From an uncultured bacterium (GTDB lineage: Bacteria > Bacteroidota > Bacteroidia > Bacteroidales > UBA932), in the NCBI GenBank assembly GCA_963657715.1, contig CAVKML010000013.1:2572-66571 (forward strand): a stretch of 64,000 nt of DNA, given 5' to 3'. Made by a program: the position numbers and the translations under genes. The notes beneath the pieces are model-generated. The model was not told the origin of the DNA and made no database searches. It worked only from the letters and a program-made list of their open reading frames with translations. Shown piece after piece: positions 1 to 10,834 of the stretch (position 1 is its first letter; every line of letters begins with the position of its first letter).

Positions 1-2
1 TT

Positions 3-521
3 CAGGCTACGTGGACGGGTAACAACTCTTTCGTCGGAGCATCTACGACTTGGTACCCTTGGCCTATGATTCGTCTGTCAGACCTCTATCTTCTTTATGC
101 AGAGGCGATCAACGAGGCCGAAGGCCCTAACGGAGCGCACTGCGACGAGATGTTCAAGTACATCAACGCCGTCCGTGAACGCGCCAAAATTCCGGATGTA
201 AAGACGGCTTGGGACACTTACAGCAACAGCCCTGGCTACTACAATACCAAGGTCGGAATGCGTGCCATCATCCACCGCGAGCGCCTGAACGAACTTGCCT
301 TTGAGGGCCAGAGGTTCTGGGATCTTCGCAGATGGAAAGAGGCCTCGGCCGAATACCAAAAAGGTATATACGGTTTCGATATAACATCCAAGAATCCTGA
401 AGATTACTACGTCAAGAAGTTCGTCTATGAGCAGAAATTCGGTCTGAAGGATTACTTTTGGCCAATTTCTACAAGTTATATCGAAATCAACCCTAATCTT
501 GTGCAGAACATCGGTTGGTAA
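3..521 (+). CDS. RagB/SusD family lipoprotein, C-terminal part (5' truncated by window edge)
   Basis: Frame open from position 3; SusD C-terminal motifs RLSDLYLLYAEA, INAVRERA, ERLNELAFEGQRFWDLRRW, YFWPI...NPNLVQNIGW. Confidence 0.93.
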   Translation, partial: QATWTGNNSFVGASTTWYPWPMIRLSDLYLLYAEAINEAEGPNGAHCDEMFKYINAVRERAKIPDVKTAWDTYSNSPGYYNTKVGMRAIIHRERLNELAFEGQRFWDLRRWKEASAEYQKGIYGFDITSKNPEDYYVKKFVYEQKFGLKDYFWPISTSYIEINPNLVQNIGW

Positions 522-542
522 CAATTAAGAGAAACATCGCAA

Positions 543-1847
543 ATGAAAAGAATATTACTTACATCTACTTTAATAGCGGCCCTGCTGTTGGCCTTCGGCT
601 GCGCCGATGACAACCATGGCAGGATTGATCAGCTTGACAAGGATTTGGTCGCTCCGCAGCCAGTGGAGGTCACCAAAGTCAAGCCGATAAGCGGTGGTGC
701 TATTCTCTGGGTTAAAATCCCGGACGACAAGAACATCAAGGGAGTCGTCGCCACCTATACCCGCGGTGGTGTCGAGGTTGACGCCAAGGTTTCCCGTTAC
801 GTTGACAGCCTCAAGGTGGAAGGTTATGCCGACACTGACGAACACGAGATCAAGGTTTGCTCGTTTAACGTCAACGAGCAGAAATCCGAGCCTGTTATCA
901 TCAAGTTCAACCCTGAGATGCCGGCTATACGCACTGTCACACCGACTATGATAGCCGCCGCCGGAGGTGTGAAAGTCAGGATATCCGGTAACGAGAGCAA
1001 GGCGGATCTCGCTGTCTGTCTTCTCAAGGATGCCGACCTTGGCAACGCCGACAAGCCTGTCAATGAGATAAAGTGGACAGAGGTCACGACCTTGTTTACC
1101 GCAAGCGACAATGTAACCTTGACAAGACGTGGTCTTGATCCGGAAGAGGCCGTTTTCGGAGTTTATGTCCGTGACCGTTGGGGGAACATCTCAGACACGA
1201 TCAAGACAGTGCTCACACCTCTTCCTGAAATCGAGATCCCTAAATCAGGATTCTCTTACAACTCGGCAGCTTTGTGCAGTCAGGACGACAACATATTCAA
1301 ACTTCAGACAGAGAACAATAGCTATCCGGTCAGAGGCCTTTGGGATGGATCCGGTCATTCGTCTTCGCCTCACTTTTTGGCTGTTGACAGGGCTCCTCTT
1401 CCTTGCTGCTGGCTGACGATCGATCTTGGCTGCAATGTGGAACTCAGCCGTATAGCGACCCTCCCTCGAATCGACTACCCACAGATTTTCGGTGACGCGC
1501 ATGTTCGCAACTTCGAGTTCTGGGGCAGCCAGAATCCTTCCGGAGTTTCTGGAGATGGCGAACACGGTTTTGATGACTCGTGGAAATGCCTTGGCAAGTT
1601 TATCCAGTACAAGCCATCGGGCTATCTTGACGATGGTACGCCTGGAGTCATTACCCAAGAGGACCGTGAGGCCTTCAACAATGGTAATGACTTTGAACTT
1701 GACGGCGAAGCCTATCCTGACGCGTTCTATCATTTCCGTTACCTTAGGATTGCCCTTACCTCATACGTTGCTTGGGAAATGCCTGACGCGGATAATGCTG
1801 CGGTTCAGCTCGGTGAGATCACACTTTATGGACGAGTGGTGGAATAA
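543..1847 (+). CDS. DUF4959/DUF5126/DUF5000-type PUL surface lipoprotein
   Basis: Lipobox LAFGC; PISGGA, VRDRWGNISD, FEFWGS and FRYLR motifs; position directly after SusD. Confidence 0.75.
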   Translation: MKRILLTSTLIAALLLAFGCADDNHGRIDQLDKDLVAPQPVEVTKVKPISGGAILWVKIPDDKNIKGVVATYTRGGVEVDAKVSRYVDSLKVEGYADTDEHEIKVCSFNVNEQKSEPVIIKFNPEMPAIRTVTPTMIAAAGGVKVRISGNESKADLAVCLLKDADLGNADKPVNEIKWTEVTTLFTASDNVTLTRRGLDPEEAVFGVYVRDRWGNISDTIKTVLTPLPEIEIPKSGFSYNSAALCSQDDNIFKLQTENNSYPVRGLWDGSGHSSSPHFLAVDRAPLPCCWLTIDLGCNVELSRIATLPRIDYPQIFGDAHVRNFEFWGSQNPSGVSGDGEHGFDDSWKCLGKFIQYKPSGYLDDGTPGVITQEDREAFNNGNDFELDGEAYPDAFYHFRYLRIALTSYVAWEMPDADNAAVQLGEITLYGRVVE

Positions 1848-1861
1848 ACTGCTAAATAACT

Positions 1862-3073
1862 ATGAACATGAGTATTAAGAATATATCATTGGGAATCTTA
1901 ACCGCTGCCGGCGTAGCTGTCGCGCTTGCCTCTTGCGGCGGTCAGGACGAGATCTATAAAGAATGGGTCAAAAAGGGTGGCTATGACTACCCGGCAAAGG
2001 CTCTGAACCTCACCTCCGTATCGGGCTACCAAAGTGTGGTTGTCAGCTGGGAGAAGCCGATGGACCCGGCTGTACGTACGGCCACCTTGTTCTGGGACAA
2101 CTACGCAAGCTCACAGAGCATAGACTACGCCGACTATCCTGACGGAAAGGTCTCGATGGAGGTCGGAAACCTCGAGGACAGGTCCTACACTTTCGACATC
2201 GTCAATTATGACGATTCCGGCAACCAATCCCTTGCCGCTGAGATCACGGTCTCTCCTTATGGCGATAGTTGGATGGTCTCTCGCTCAGAGCGCACCGTCA
2301 CATCCGCAAGAATGGACGGTAGGGATGCGAAAATTGTTATGTCCAAGGCGACGGACGAGATGATCGCCACCAGATTCCGCTACAAGAATCTTCAGGACGA
2401 GTGGGTCGAGTGTGAGACCATTCTGAAACCAGGTGAGAACGAGGTTACCTTCCCGGATGCCCTCAGAGGCAAGAGGTTCGAATATTCATCCTCTTTCTGC
2501 CCGGCGGCTGGCAAGGACACTGTCTGGAACAACTGGACGAAATCATCTGACGGTATTTCCTATCAACTTGACGGCAGTCGCTGGAATGTGTCTGTGACTA
2601 ACGGTCAGTACAATGGAATCAATACACCTGAGAAGATTTTTGACGGTAGATTCGACCGCTCTGCTTACAGTTGGCACAGTTCAAAGTCAGATAACAACAA
2701 ACTGGTGTTCCCAAAGATTCTGTCGATCGACACAATGGCATCTGCGGGTGAAGAATATGCCTTTACGGGCTTTACATTCTACGAGAATGATTCCGCATCC
2801 TCTATGCGCTACATCAAGAATTTTGTGATCTATGTCGGCTCAAAGGCTTACGATCCGAATGACGCTGACTATCTGAATGAAGGTCACTTCGGCATTCCGT
2901 TCATCAGCGGAACGCTCTCGACAAGCGAGGCGCAATATTCAGTAAATTCAACCTCAGGTGCCACCGGGCGTTATCTTGCTGTTGTCTTCAGAGATTCCTG
3001 GAATGCGCAGGACGGATTCATCGATCTTTGGGAGCTTATTCCTTACGGTTATATTCCTTCATTGGCTGATTAA
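1862..3073 (+). CDS. DUF4998-type PUL lipoprotein with C-terminal discoidin-like domain
   Basis: Lipobox LASC; IYKEW..GG.DYPAK, LEDRSYTFDIVNYD..GN.S; C-terminal KIFDG...WHS and GRYL motifs. Confidence 0.7.
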   Translation: MNMSIKNISLGILTAAGVAVALASCGGQDEIYKEWVKKGGYDYPAKALNLTSVSGYQSVVVSWEKPMDPAVRTATLFWDNYASSQSIDYADYPDGKVSMEVGNLEDRSYTFDIVNYDDSGNQSLAAEITVSPYGDSWMVSRSERTVTSARMDGRDAKIVMSKATDEMIATRFRYKNLQDEWVECETILKPGENEVTFPDALRGKRFEYSSSFCPAAGKDTVWNNWTKSSDGISYQLDGSRWNVSVTNGQYNGINTPEKIFDGRFDRSAYSWHSSKSDNNKLVFPKILSIDTMASAGEEYAFTGFTFYENDSASSMRYIKNFVIYVGSKAYDPNDADYLNEGHFGIPFISGTLSTSEAQYSVNSTSGATGRYLAVVFRDSWNAQDGFIDLWELIPYGYIPSLAD

Positions 3074-3084
3074 AGGCAGACCAG

Positions 3085-6000
3085 ATGAAAATGTATCATT
3101 CAATACTTCTTTCGGCTCTCGTGCTTCTCTCCGCGGCCACATCCTGCAAGGAGAAGCAGGAACCGACTCCGGAACCTGAACCGGAAGTGAAGGAAGCCGC
3201 ATTCACTGCGACGCTTGACGCTTCCGCCACCACTCCGTTCAAGACATCTTGGGCGGAGGGTGACGCGATTCAGGTCATCGGAGTCAAGGACGGCAAATCC
3301 ACATCCGAGACCATCACCGCCTCTTCCGTGTCCTCGACAAGCGCCACTTTCACATCGAAAGGAAGCGTCAAGGCCGATTGCGATGAATATTACGCTTTCA
3401 TCGCGGAGACAGGAGTCACCGGATGCGATCCTGCCTCCTTCTGGACAGCCTCATCATCGACCTCCTCAATCCGTTCCATCGCGGTGGCGAAGTGCGGCAA
3501 GGGTGCTTCTTCCTTAAGTTTCAAGAATATATTCTCGTTCCTCAAGGTGGCGGTTTCCGATGCTTCCGTCAAGTCCATTGAACTGAAAGGCAATAATGAG
3601 GAGGATCTGAACTACGATGTCACTGTTTCGACTTCAGACTATTCCGTCTCTCTTGCGGCAAAGCCTGTGTTTGAGGCGCAGAAAACCATCAAGGTCAATG
3701 TGAGCGAACCTGGTGATTGCTACATCAGCCTTATTCCTGGAACAGTGCTTGAGCAGGGCTACACCATCACCGCGCTCGATGCTTCTGGCAAGGTGGTCAG
3801 CAAGTCCGTATATTCGGACAAACTTACTGTCCCGAATGGCAAAGTAATCGTCGCCGGAGAACTTCAGCCTGAATCAGTTGAGTTCACCGCCTCGTTTGAG
3901 GACACCACTACTCCGGAGTTCAAATCCACTTGGACTGACGGTGATGTGATCGAGGTAAGTTGCCTAAGCGGCGAGACACTTCTCACAGAGACTATCAAGG
4001 CCACGGAGATCACTTCCGATGGACGCTCCGCAAAATTCGTCTCCAACGGAACTATCCACGCCGGAGCCTCAGGTTACTATGCAATGCTTCCAAGCACTGG
4101 AATAGACGGTTACCAGAAATCCAACTGGTCAACAAGCAATCTTGACGGAAATTCTATTGATAAGCCTGTGGTAACTGTGGCAAGCAGCACTGACGGATCT
4201 GGCAATTTAATATTCAAGAACATATTCTCGCTTCTTGCTTTCAAGGTTGACGAGCCTGCGGCTTCTTATGTGGTGCTTGAGGGCAACAACGCGGAAAGGA
4301 TCAGCAAGAATATGCTGGTGTCTTTCAGCAGTTTGAATGTCAACGGCAACACGACTCCTACCTTTGAGTCCGCTACTTCTCTGAAGAAAAACATTGAGCC
4401 GGGAAAAACCTATTGGTTCGGTCTTTATCCGGGACTCAAACTCTCTAAAGGCTACACTTTGTCGGTCTATAACGCTGATGGTAAGCAAATAGGCTATTCC
4501 AAGAGTTCGTCATCACTCACGGTTGAGAAGGGCAAGATTTACACCGCTCCACAGTTCGTCATCACTAATCCGTCTATCAAGACAAAGACCTTTGACGCGG
4601 GTAACATTGTCCTTTCGCTTGGCGTTGTCAGTGATGTTCACATCAACCAGCAGGCCCAGGCGAACAAATGGAAATCCGCCCTTCAGCAGCTTAATTCGAA
4701 GGCTCTTGAGAATGATCCGAACGGCATGGCAGGAGTCCTTGTTGTCGGTGACCTCATCGATCAGCCGAACAACTCTCAATTGAGCCTCTTCAAATCCACT
4801 CTTGAATCCGAGATTGATGTGAAGAAGACTCCTATGATCTACACTATCGGCAACCACGATGTCCCTAAATATGCCTGGGCATCCACGATGGTCTCAGATG
4901 TCGCCTACATGAGAAATATGTTCGGTGACGATTATTTCCTTGTGGATCAGGATCAGGACATGAGGACAAAGTATGAGGCCCGTCACTGCGTTATCGGTGA
5001 CTATCATATTCTTGCGGTATCTCCGAATGGTGACCAGCCGATCATCTATGATCCATCGGCTGTCTCATGGCTTGACAACCAACTGGCTGCGATCACCTCG
5101 GCCGAGCCTGAGAAATATGTCATCGTGCTTACCCACCCGATGATCAAGAACACCGTTTATGGCAGTCGCCTCGGTGAGGAGGGAGGAATATGGGAGTCCA
5201 CACTTCCGCATTATTGGGCGACAGATGCGTTGACTCCGGTTCTGAAGAAATATCCTCAGGCGGTCGTGTTCGGTGGTCATCTACATTTCCCTCTTAATGA
5301 TCCACGCAGCGTATGGCAGGGCGACTTCTCCGTCTTCGGATGCGCCTCTGTACGTTATATGGCTTTGGAGAACGGTAAGTACGAAGATATGTCAAGCGCC
5401 ACCGTAATGAAGGACAGCGATGACTTCTCGCAGGGCAACCTGCTTCAATTCGATGCCAGCGGTAATATGCGTGTGTTGAGGATGGACTTCTATAACAAGG
5501 ATGTCATTGGGGAACCTATCGTTTCCTCCTACCCGACATCCGACAAGGGACACCTCACGAAGTACAATCACACGACCCGCAGTCTCGCCAACGCCGCTCC
5601 GTCATTGTCAACTCTCAGCGTGGATGTAGCTGACGGTGTCGCAACGGCTAAGTGGGCGGCCGGTACTGATGATGAGTTCGTGCATCATTATGTACTCACC
5701 CTCAAGAAGGGCGGCACTGTTGTAACCACTAAGAAAATTCTGGCTGACTTCTACAAGAGTTCCAAGACATCTGGAATGAAGAAAGAGTGGACTTATTCTC
5801 TTGGTAATGTTACCGATGGCACCTATGAGCTGACTCTTGAGGCCTATGACTCATGGGATGCCGCAGCCAAGCCACTCACTAAGACCTTCGTTGTCGGTGC
5901 GGTCACAAATAGTTTCTGGACTGATGACAAGGCAGGAAGCAAGCCGGTTTCCGGAGGTGCCGGAAGCGCTTCGGATGATTGGCTGACATATTCCAATGGT

Positions 6001-6699
6001 ACGCTTTCATGGACTTCCAACACGACTGGTAAACCAAGAACAGGGACCGTCGCGCTTCCAAACGGTGAGGCATATTCAGTGACGCAGATTTCCACGGATG
6101 ATTTCAAAGGCGATTGGAAATTGTATTCCAAACTGTTTGATCCGAATAAAACACTCGGAAAGGGCAATACCAACGCATACGTCTCGGCTCTGAGTTTCGG
6201 AGAGCCTCTTAAAGGGGAGACTTTGAAGGACTCTTTTGGAACTGAACACACTAATAACATTGGGATTAAGGGCCTGTATTTTGATTCTGTCTTGGATGCG
6301 TGTGTCGAGATTGACTATGAAGGGAAAAACGTCAGGTTCGGCGTGTTCTTTGACCGCCGCGCAGCCCAGAAGGCGTCCGACGGGAGATTCTGCGCCTATA
6401 TTCCGGAATGCTCCGAAGGCTATTGGAGTGGTTACAACTTCGCTCCTGGAGACAAGGCTTTCTCTGATACCAACTATGAGTGGCTTTGGTTTAATGTCAG
6501 TGGAGACCAGAGGACTATGAAGTATCAGTATTATGGTGCAGGCCAGAAGACCAGTAACGGGAAATACTACATCTGCGGTATCTCGATTCCTAAGGCCACA
6601 TCCACAGATAGGTCTTCGATAGCCGGCAGTTATGATGTGATCTATCAGGCGAACTACAACGGCAGCAATGCGGAGAGTATGTACTTTGTAAGAAACTAA
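3085..6699 (+). CDS. Surface lipoprotein: two fimbrillin-like repeats + calcineurin-like metallophosphoesterase + C-terminal module
   Basis: Lipobox ATSC; all five metallophosphoesterase motifs (SDVH, GDLID, GNHD, LTHP, GHLH); duplicated N-terminal domain. Confidence 0.85.
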   Translation: MKMYHSILLSALVLLSAATSCKEKQEPTPEPEPEVKEAAFTATLDASATTPFKTSWAEGDAIQVIGVKDGKSTSETITASSVSSTSATFTSKGSVKADCDEYYAFIAETGVTGCDPASFWTASSSTSSIRSIAVAKCGKGASSLSFKNIFSFLKVAVSDASVKSIELKGNNEEDLNYDVTVSTSDYSVSLAAKPVFEAQKTIKVNVSEPGDCYISLIPGTVLEQGYTITALDASGKVVSKSVYSDKLTVPNGKVIVAGELQPESVEFTASFEDTTTPEFKSTWTDGDVIEVSCLSGETLLTETIKATEITSDGRSAKFVSNGTIHAGASGYYAMLPSTGIDGYQKSNWSTSNLDGNSIDKPVVTVASSTDGSGNLIFKNIFSLLAFKVDEPAASYVVLEGNNAERISKNMLVSFSSLNVNGNTTPTFESATSLKKNIEPGKTYWFGLYPGLKLSKGYTLSVYNADGKQIGYSKSSSSLTVEKGKIYTAPQFVITNPSIKTKTFDAGNIVLSLGVVSDVHINQQAQANKWKSALQQLNSKALENDPNGMAGVLVVGDLIDQPNNSQLSLFKSTLESEIDVKKTPMIYTIGNHDVPKYAWASTMVSDVAYMRNMFGDDYFLVDQDQDMRTKYEARHCVIGDYHILAVSPNGDQPIIYDPSAVSWLDNQLAAITSAEPEKYVIVLTHPMIKNTVYGSRLGEEGGIWESTLPHYWATDALTPVLKKYPQAVVFGGHLHFPLNDPRSVWQGDFSVFGCASVRYMALENGKYEDMSSATVMKDSDDFSQGNLLQFDASGNMRVLRMDFYNKDVIGEPIVSSYPTSDKGHLTKYNHTTRSLANAAPSLSTLSVDVADGVATAKWAAGTDDEFVHHYVLTLKKGGTVVTTKKILADFYKSSKTSGMKKEWTYSLGNVTDGTYELTLEAYDSWDAAAKPLTKTFVVGAVTNSFWTDDKAGSKPVSGGAGSASDDWLTYSNGTLSWTSNTTGKPRTGTVALPNGEAYSVTQISTDDFKGDWKLYSKLFDPNKTLGKGNTNAYVSALSFGEPLKGETLKDSFGTEHTNNIGIKGLYFDSVLDACVEIDYEGKNVRFGVFFDRRAAQKASDGRFCAYIPECSEGYWSGYNFAPGDKAFSDTNYEWLWFNVSGDQRTMKYQYYGAGQKTSNGKYYICGISIPKATSTDRSSIAGSYDVIYQANYNGSNAESMYFVRN

Positions 6700-6731
6700 A
6701 TATTAATCTCTAATCACAAATTTTATTCACA

Positions 6732-7970
6732 ATGAAATCACACTTGTTAACACTGGCCGCAGCGGTCCTCGCGACATTCGCGTTCTCCTCCTGTGGCGAA
6801 AAGGATCCCGATTACGGCGATCCTGCAGTAGCTGTTAAGCCGGGTGAGTTGAATTTCAAGGTAGAGGGCGGTTCCGAGACCGTCAACCTTACCGCGACGG
6901 TCGCTTGGACCGTTGAGAATTCAGCGTCCTGGGTTGAAGTTGTACCTATGGCGGGAGATCCTTCCAAAGAACTTCAGCCTGTTAAAGTGACTGTCGGCAA
7001 GAATGAGGGAGAGGAGCGTACCGCCACCGTCACATTCAAGCAGACCGATGGCGCTCTCACAGCGAAACTTACTGTTAATCAGGAAGCATATATTCCTGAG
7101 ATACAGACTATTGATGTCGCGTCGATGACAAAATTGACGAACATTTACAAGTACCAACGTTTCCAGCTCACCGGAACCGTGAAGAGCCTCAAGTCCGATG
7201 GATCCTTCAACCTCGTTGACGGAACTGGTTCCGTCCAGGTTGCCGGCCTCAGCGCTTCTGAGGTTGCTTATGGCACTCAGGGAGGCAAACTTGACAATGT
7301 TAAAGAGCGCGGCACTGTCACCATCATCGGTTACTACGAGGGTGGCAAGGTTGTCTATGCCTACCTTGTGAAGTATGAGGAATATTCTGAGCCAAACCCT
7401 GACACCGCCACGACTAAGGAATTCCCTTACACCGCTGACTATAAGACAGCGGAGAACGGAGTCATTGTCAATAATGCCATATTCCCGCTTGCTTTCGATG
7501 CTCTTTGGTCTTGGAACGCCTCGACCGGTTGGAGAGCTTCCGGCTATAAGAATGCTGACTACACGACCGAGGCCACTCTCTACACAGAGAAAATCGATCT
7601 TAAGAACGCTGAAAAACCTATCCTTGTGTTTGATCACATCGTAAGGGACTTCGTCAGTGTTGACGTTGCAAAGGAGCAGACTTCTGTTTTGATCAGAAAG
7701 GATGGCGGCGACTGGACTCCGGCATCCATCACATTCTCATATCCTGAGACTCTTGGCTCAGAGGTGATGACTTCAGAGGAAGTCAAGCTTGACGCTTACA
7801 TCGGCTCAGTCATCCAGATCGCTTTCAAGTATGTCAGTGACGAGAGCAAGAAGGCCGGTACCTGGCAGATTCTCAAGGTCGAGGTAAAGAAGAGCGAGGA
7901 GCCTACCCAGCCGGACAACTCATCCGGTACCGAGGACTATGACAAACCAGGTTGGGACTGGAACAAGTAA
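6732..7970 (+). CDS. BACON-domain lipoprotein with OB-fold-like and beta-sandwich domains
   Basis: Lipobox FSSC; BACON pattern W..V....G....V.V..N.G.ERTA.VTF.....LTVNQ; LTGTV..FNLVDGTGSVQV resembles an OB fold. Confidence 0.7.
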   Translation: MKSHLLTLAAAVLATFAFSSCGEKDPDYGDPAVAVKPGELNFKVEGGSETVNLTATVAWTVENSASWVEVVPMAGDPSKELQPVKVTVGKNEGEERTATVTFKQTDGALTAKLTVNQEAYIPEIQTIDVASMTKLTNIYKYQRFQLTGTVKSLKSDGSFNLVDGTGSVQVAGLSASEVAYGTQGGKLDNVKERGTVTIIGYYEGGKVVYAYLVKYEEYSEPNPDTATTKEFPYTADYKTAENGVIVNNAIFPLAFDALWSWNASTGWRASGYKNADYTTEATLYTEKIDLKNAEKPILVFDHIVRDFVSVDVAKEQTSVLIRKDGGDWTPASITFSYPETLGSEVMTSEEVKLDAYIGSVIQIAFKYVSDESKKAGTWQILKVEVKKSEEPTQPDNSSGTEDYDKPGWDWNK

Positions 7971-7988
7971 TCCTTAATTGAACACAAG

Positions 7989-10817
7989 ATGAAAAAGACA
8001 ATAAAAATGCTTTTCGTGGCCGCTCTTGCGATAGCGTCAGCGGCTTGCGCCCGTGAAGAGATTCTTGATGGCGGGCAGACCAGAGGAGAGCTTAGGACTT
8101 TCACCTGCTCCTTTGACGAGGATGCCCAGACAAGGACAGACATCACCAAACAGGGTAAGACTGTATGGTCTGAGGGTGACAAGATTTTCGTTACCAACGG
8201 AACAGAGGCCGACACCCTCACGGTTGATTCAAAATTCGCCGGACAGAGATATTTCGAATTCTCCACCACTCTTGAGGGTGAGATCTATGTTGTCTATCCT
8301 TGCACTGCCGCTAAGGAAGTGAAGGAAGGCAAGTTTACTCTTGAGGTTCCAAGTGAGCAGAACGGTCAGTTCGGCTCGGCCAACATATCCTGCGCAGTCG
8401 CCAAAGACCGCTATGTGAAGATGAGGAATGTGACTTCAGTCATCAGGTTCAACGTTGACCCTGACGCGAAGGCTGCCGTCAAGGTTGTCGCAATCAACTC
8501 GAACGGCAACAATGTAGCAGGAACTTTCAGTGTTGATATGACTTCCGGCTCACCGGTTGTCAGCATGATCGAAGGCAACAACTACTCCGCCGGCGTGACT
8601 GTGAATGTGAACGGAGACCACGGCAACAGTTTGTATGCCACTGTTATCCCTGGTACCTACAACGCCGGCCTGACAATGACGGCCGTCACCGTTGACCTTC
8701 ACAATGCAAGCGAAAGCAAGGCCACGGTTTCTGACAAAGAATTCAAAGTAAACGCATACTATGATCTCGGCACCATCGGAGCCGACCTCAAGCCACTCGC
8801 CGGAGACGGTTCCAAGGGCACCCCTTGGCAGATCTCCACAGCCGCCGACTTCCTTGCGTTCGCCTATTACGTGAACGAGGGCAACAATATGAAGGATGAA
8901 TATGTGAAATTGATGGACAACATCAAGACCGTCACCACTTCTGTCGGTTACTATGATGCGTCTGTTGATGCCGCAGTCGATCCTGACAATGTCAAGAAAC
9001 AGTTCGTCGGAGATTTCGACGGTAACGGCAAGACCGTGACCCTCAACATCAACCAGACTGCCAAGAGGTCCTGTGGCCTCTTCGGTGCCATCGCAGAGGG
9101 CGCGAACATCCACGACGTGACTGTTGAAGGTACGGTAAACTCCACATTCGATGATGCGGCTGGTGTCTGTGGTCTCGTGAACGCCACAGCTGGCGCGAAG
9201 ATCACGAACTGCGTCAACAAGGCCAACGTCAAATCCACAGGTAACTACATCGGAGGTATCGCCGGTTGGTCCGACTCTGGTGACGCCAATGAATTGGTGT
9301 TCGACAATTGTACCAATGAAGGCAGCATCGCCGGTAAGACTATGGTAGGTGGAGTCTGCGGAACCTTGAGAACAGGTACCGTCATCAACTCTAAGAACTC
9401 AGGTGATGTCATCGGTAATTGCAGCACTGGCGGTATTGTCGGATATGGATATATTGGTAGTGTCAAGGATTGCTCTAATTCCGGAAGTATCACCGCAACT
9501 GAGACTAACGGAGATGTCTACTATATTTATGTATCAGGAGGAAAAATATATAATCAGTTCAGATCCAATTGGACTAACGGAACTGGTGGTATATGTGGTT
9601 TCGCTCAGAATATGTCAATCTCTGATTGCAAGAACTCTGGTACAATGAAGGCCCAGAATAAGGTTGGAGGTATCTCTGGTTCAAACTATTGGTCAGGAAT
9701 TGATCGTTGTGAGAATACCGGACGGATCGTCGCTACCCATTGGGGAGTTGCCGGTGGTATCCTTGGTTGGGGTGTTACAAACGCCAATATTCGTGATTGC
9801 GTGAATAACGGCGAGGTTGTCGGAGAAAAACTGGAGAACACCCAAGGTCGTTGGGTTGGCGGTATCGCTGGATACATTCAGGTTCAAATCGGCAAGGGAT
9901 CATACGGAATCGAGCGTTGTACCAATAATGGAACGGTTACAGGTGATGGTCAAGGTGTTGGTGGCATAGTCGGTTATACACATAGCTATAACAATGCCCC
10001 TAATAGAATTGAACTTCGTAACTGTACAAACACTGGCAAGGTAACCAATAAACAAGGCGATACCGGTGGAATTGTAGGTTGGCAGTATGATTTCGGTTCG
10101 TGGACCGGCATCCCTGTTGACAACTGTAAGAATACAGGTGACATTACCGCCGCTTATGGTGTAGGTGGTATTATTGGTTATTTCAATGGTAGGGTTACAG
10201 GCAGCCGCACGAACCTTAGGAATTGCGAGAACTCCGGAAATATTCTTTCGACAAAGACCGAAACTGACAATGGTGCTTATGCCGGAGGTATTGTCGGCAG
10301 AACGAATGGTTTGACAACCTGTGGTACATATCTTTGGAACTGCCTTAACACCGGTAAGGTTCAGTATTCAGACGCTTCTTTCAAGAATGCCAATGTCGGT
10401 GGTATCGCTGGATCAATCTATGGTGAGATCTGGAACTGCTACAATGGAGGTGAGGTTGGTCTTGTTGGCGCAGAGACTCCTGAAGCAGCCCTTGCCACGG
10501 TCGGTGCCATTGCCGGTAATCTTGGAAACAATAAGGCACATTATTCATACTACCTTGCAGGCTCTTCTGTAAATGCGATGGGAACAGCATCTAAGGTACA
10601 GCCTCTTCCGACCGTTATCTCCGCTGCAAAGGATGGAACACTTTCTATCTCACAGCAGATTAACGGCCAGTATTATAGCAATGTGGTTGATGCTTTGAAC
10701 GCAGGCAAGTCCGGGCAAGAGTTCTATTACGATTGGACTACAGGCCCTAAGTTCTCACTTACCGGCAATGTCAACATCGGCGACGGCCTTGACCTTGGCA
10801 ACGGTGGTAAACTTTAA
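7989..10817 (+). CDS. Fimbrillin-like lipoprotein with GLUG-like beta-helix repeats
   Basis: Lipobox SAAC; TRT...W.EGD.I N-terminus; G.GSKGTPWQIST, F.GDFDGNG; many C.N.G.V....GGI.G repeats. Confidence 0.75.
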   Translation: MKKTIKMLFVAALAIASAACAREEILDGGQTRGELRTFTCSFDEDAQTRTDITKQGKTVWSEGDKIFVTNGTEADTLTVDSKFAGQRYFEFSTTLEGEIYVVYPCTAAKEVKEGKFTLEVPSEQNGQFGSANISCAVAKDRYVKMRNVTSVIRFNVDPDAKAAVKVVAINSNGNNVAGTFSVDMTSGSPVVSMIEGNNYSAGVTVNVNGDHGNSLYATVIPGTYNAGLTMTAVTVDLHNASESKATVSDKEFKVNAYYDLGTIGADLKPLAGDGSKGTPWQISTAADFLAFAYYVNEGNNMKDEYVKLMDNIKTVTTSVGYYDASVDAAVDPDNVKKQFVGDFDGNGKTVTLNINQTAKRSCGLFGAIAEGANIHDVTVEGTVNSTFDDAAGVCGLVNATAGAKITNCVNKANVKSTGNYIGGIAGWSDSGDANELVFDNCTNEGSIAGKTMVGGVCGTLRTGTVINSKNSGDVIGNCSTGGIVGYGYIGSVKDCSNSGSITATETNGDVYYIYVSGGKIYNQFRSNWTNGTGGICGFAQNMSISDCKNSGTMKAQNKVGGISGSNYWSGIDRCENTGRIVATHWGVAGGILGWGVTNANIRDCVNNGEVVGEKLENTQGRWVGGIAGYIQVQIGKGSYGIERCTNNGTVTGDGQGVGGIVGYTHSYNNAPNRIELRNCTNTGKVTNKQGDTGGIVGWQYDFGSWTGIPVDNCKNTGDITAAYGVGGIIGYFNGRVTGSRTNLRNCENSGNILSTKTETDNGAYAGGIVGRTNGLTTCGTYLWNCLNTGKVQYSDASFKNANVGGIAGSIYGEIWNCYNGGEVGLVGAETPEAALATVGAIAGNLGNNKAHYSYYLAGSSVNAMGTASKVQPLPTVISAAKDGTLSISQQINGQYYSNVVDALNAGKSGQEFYYDWTTGPKFSLTGNVNIGDGLDLGNGGKL

Positions 10818-10834
10818 TCTTGGAGGATAATACT

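Noticed and set aside
9120..10520. Repetitive Gly/Asn/Cys pattern as a possible DNA repeat array or DGR target
   Set aside because: Protein-level beta-helix repeats with diverged DNA; no template/variable repeat pair and no reverse transcriptase in the window
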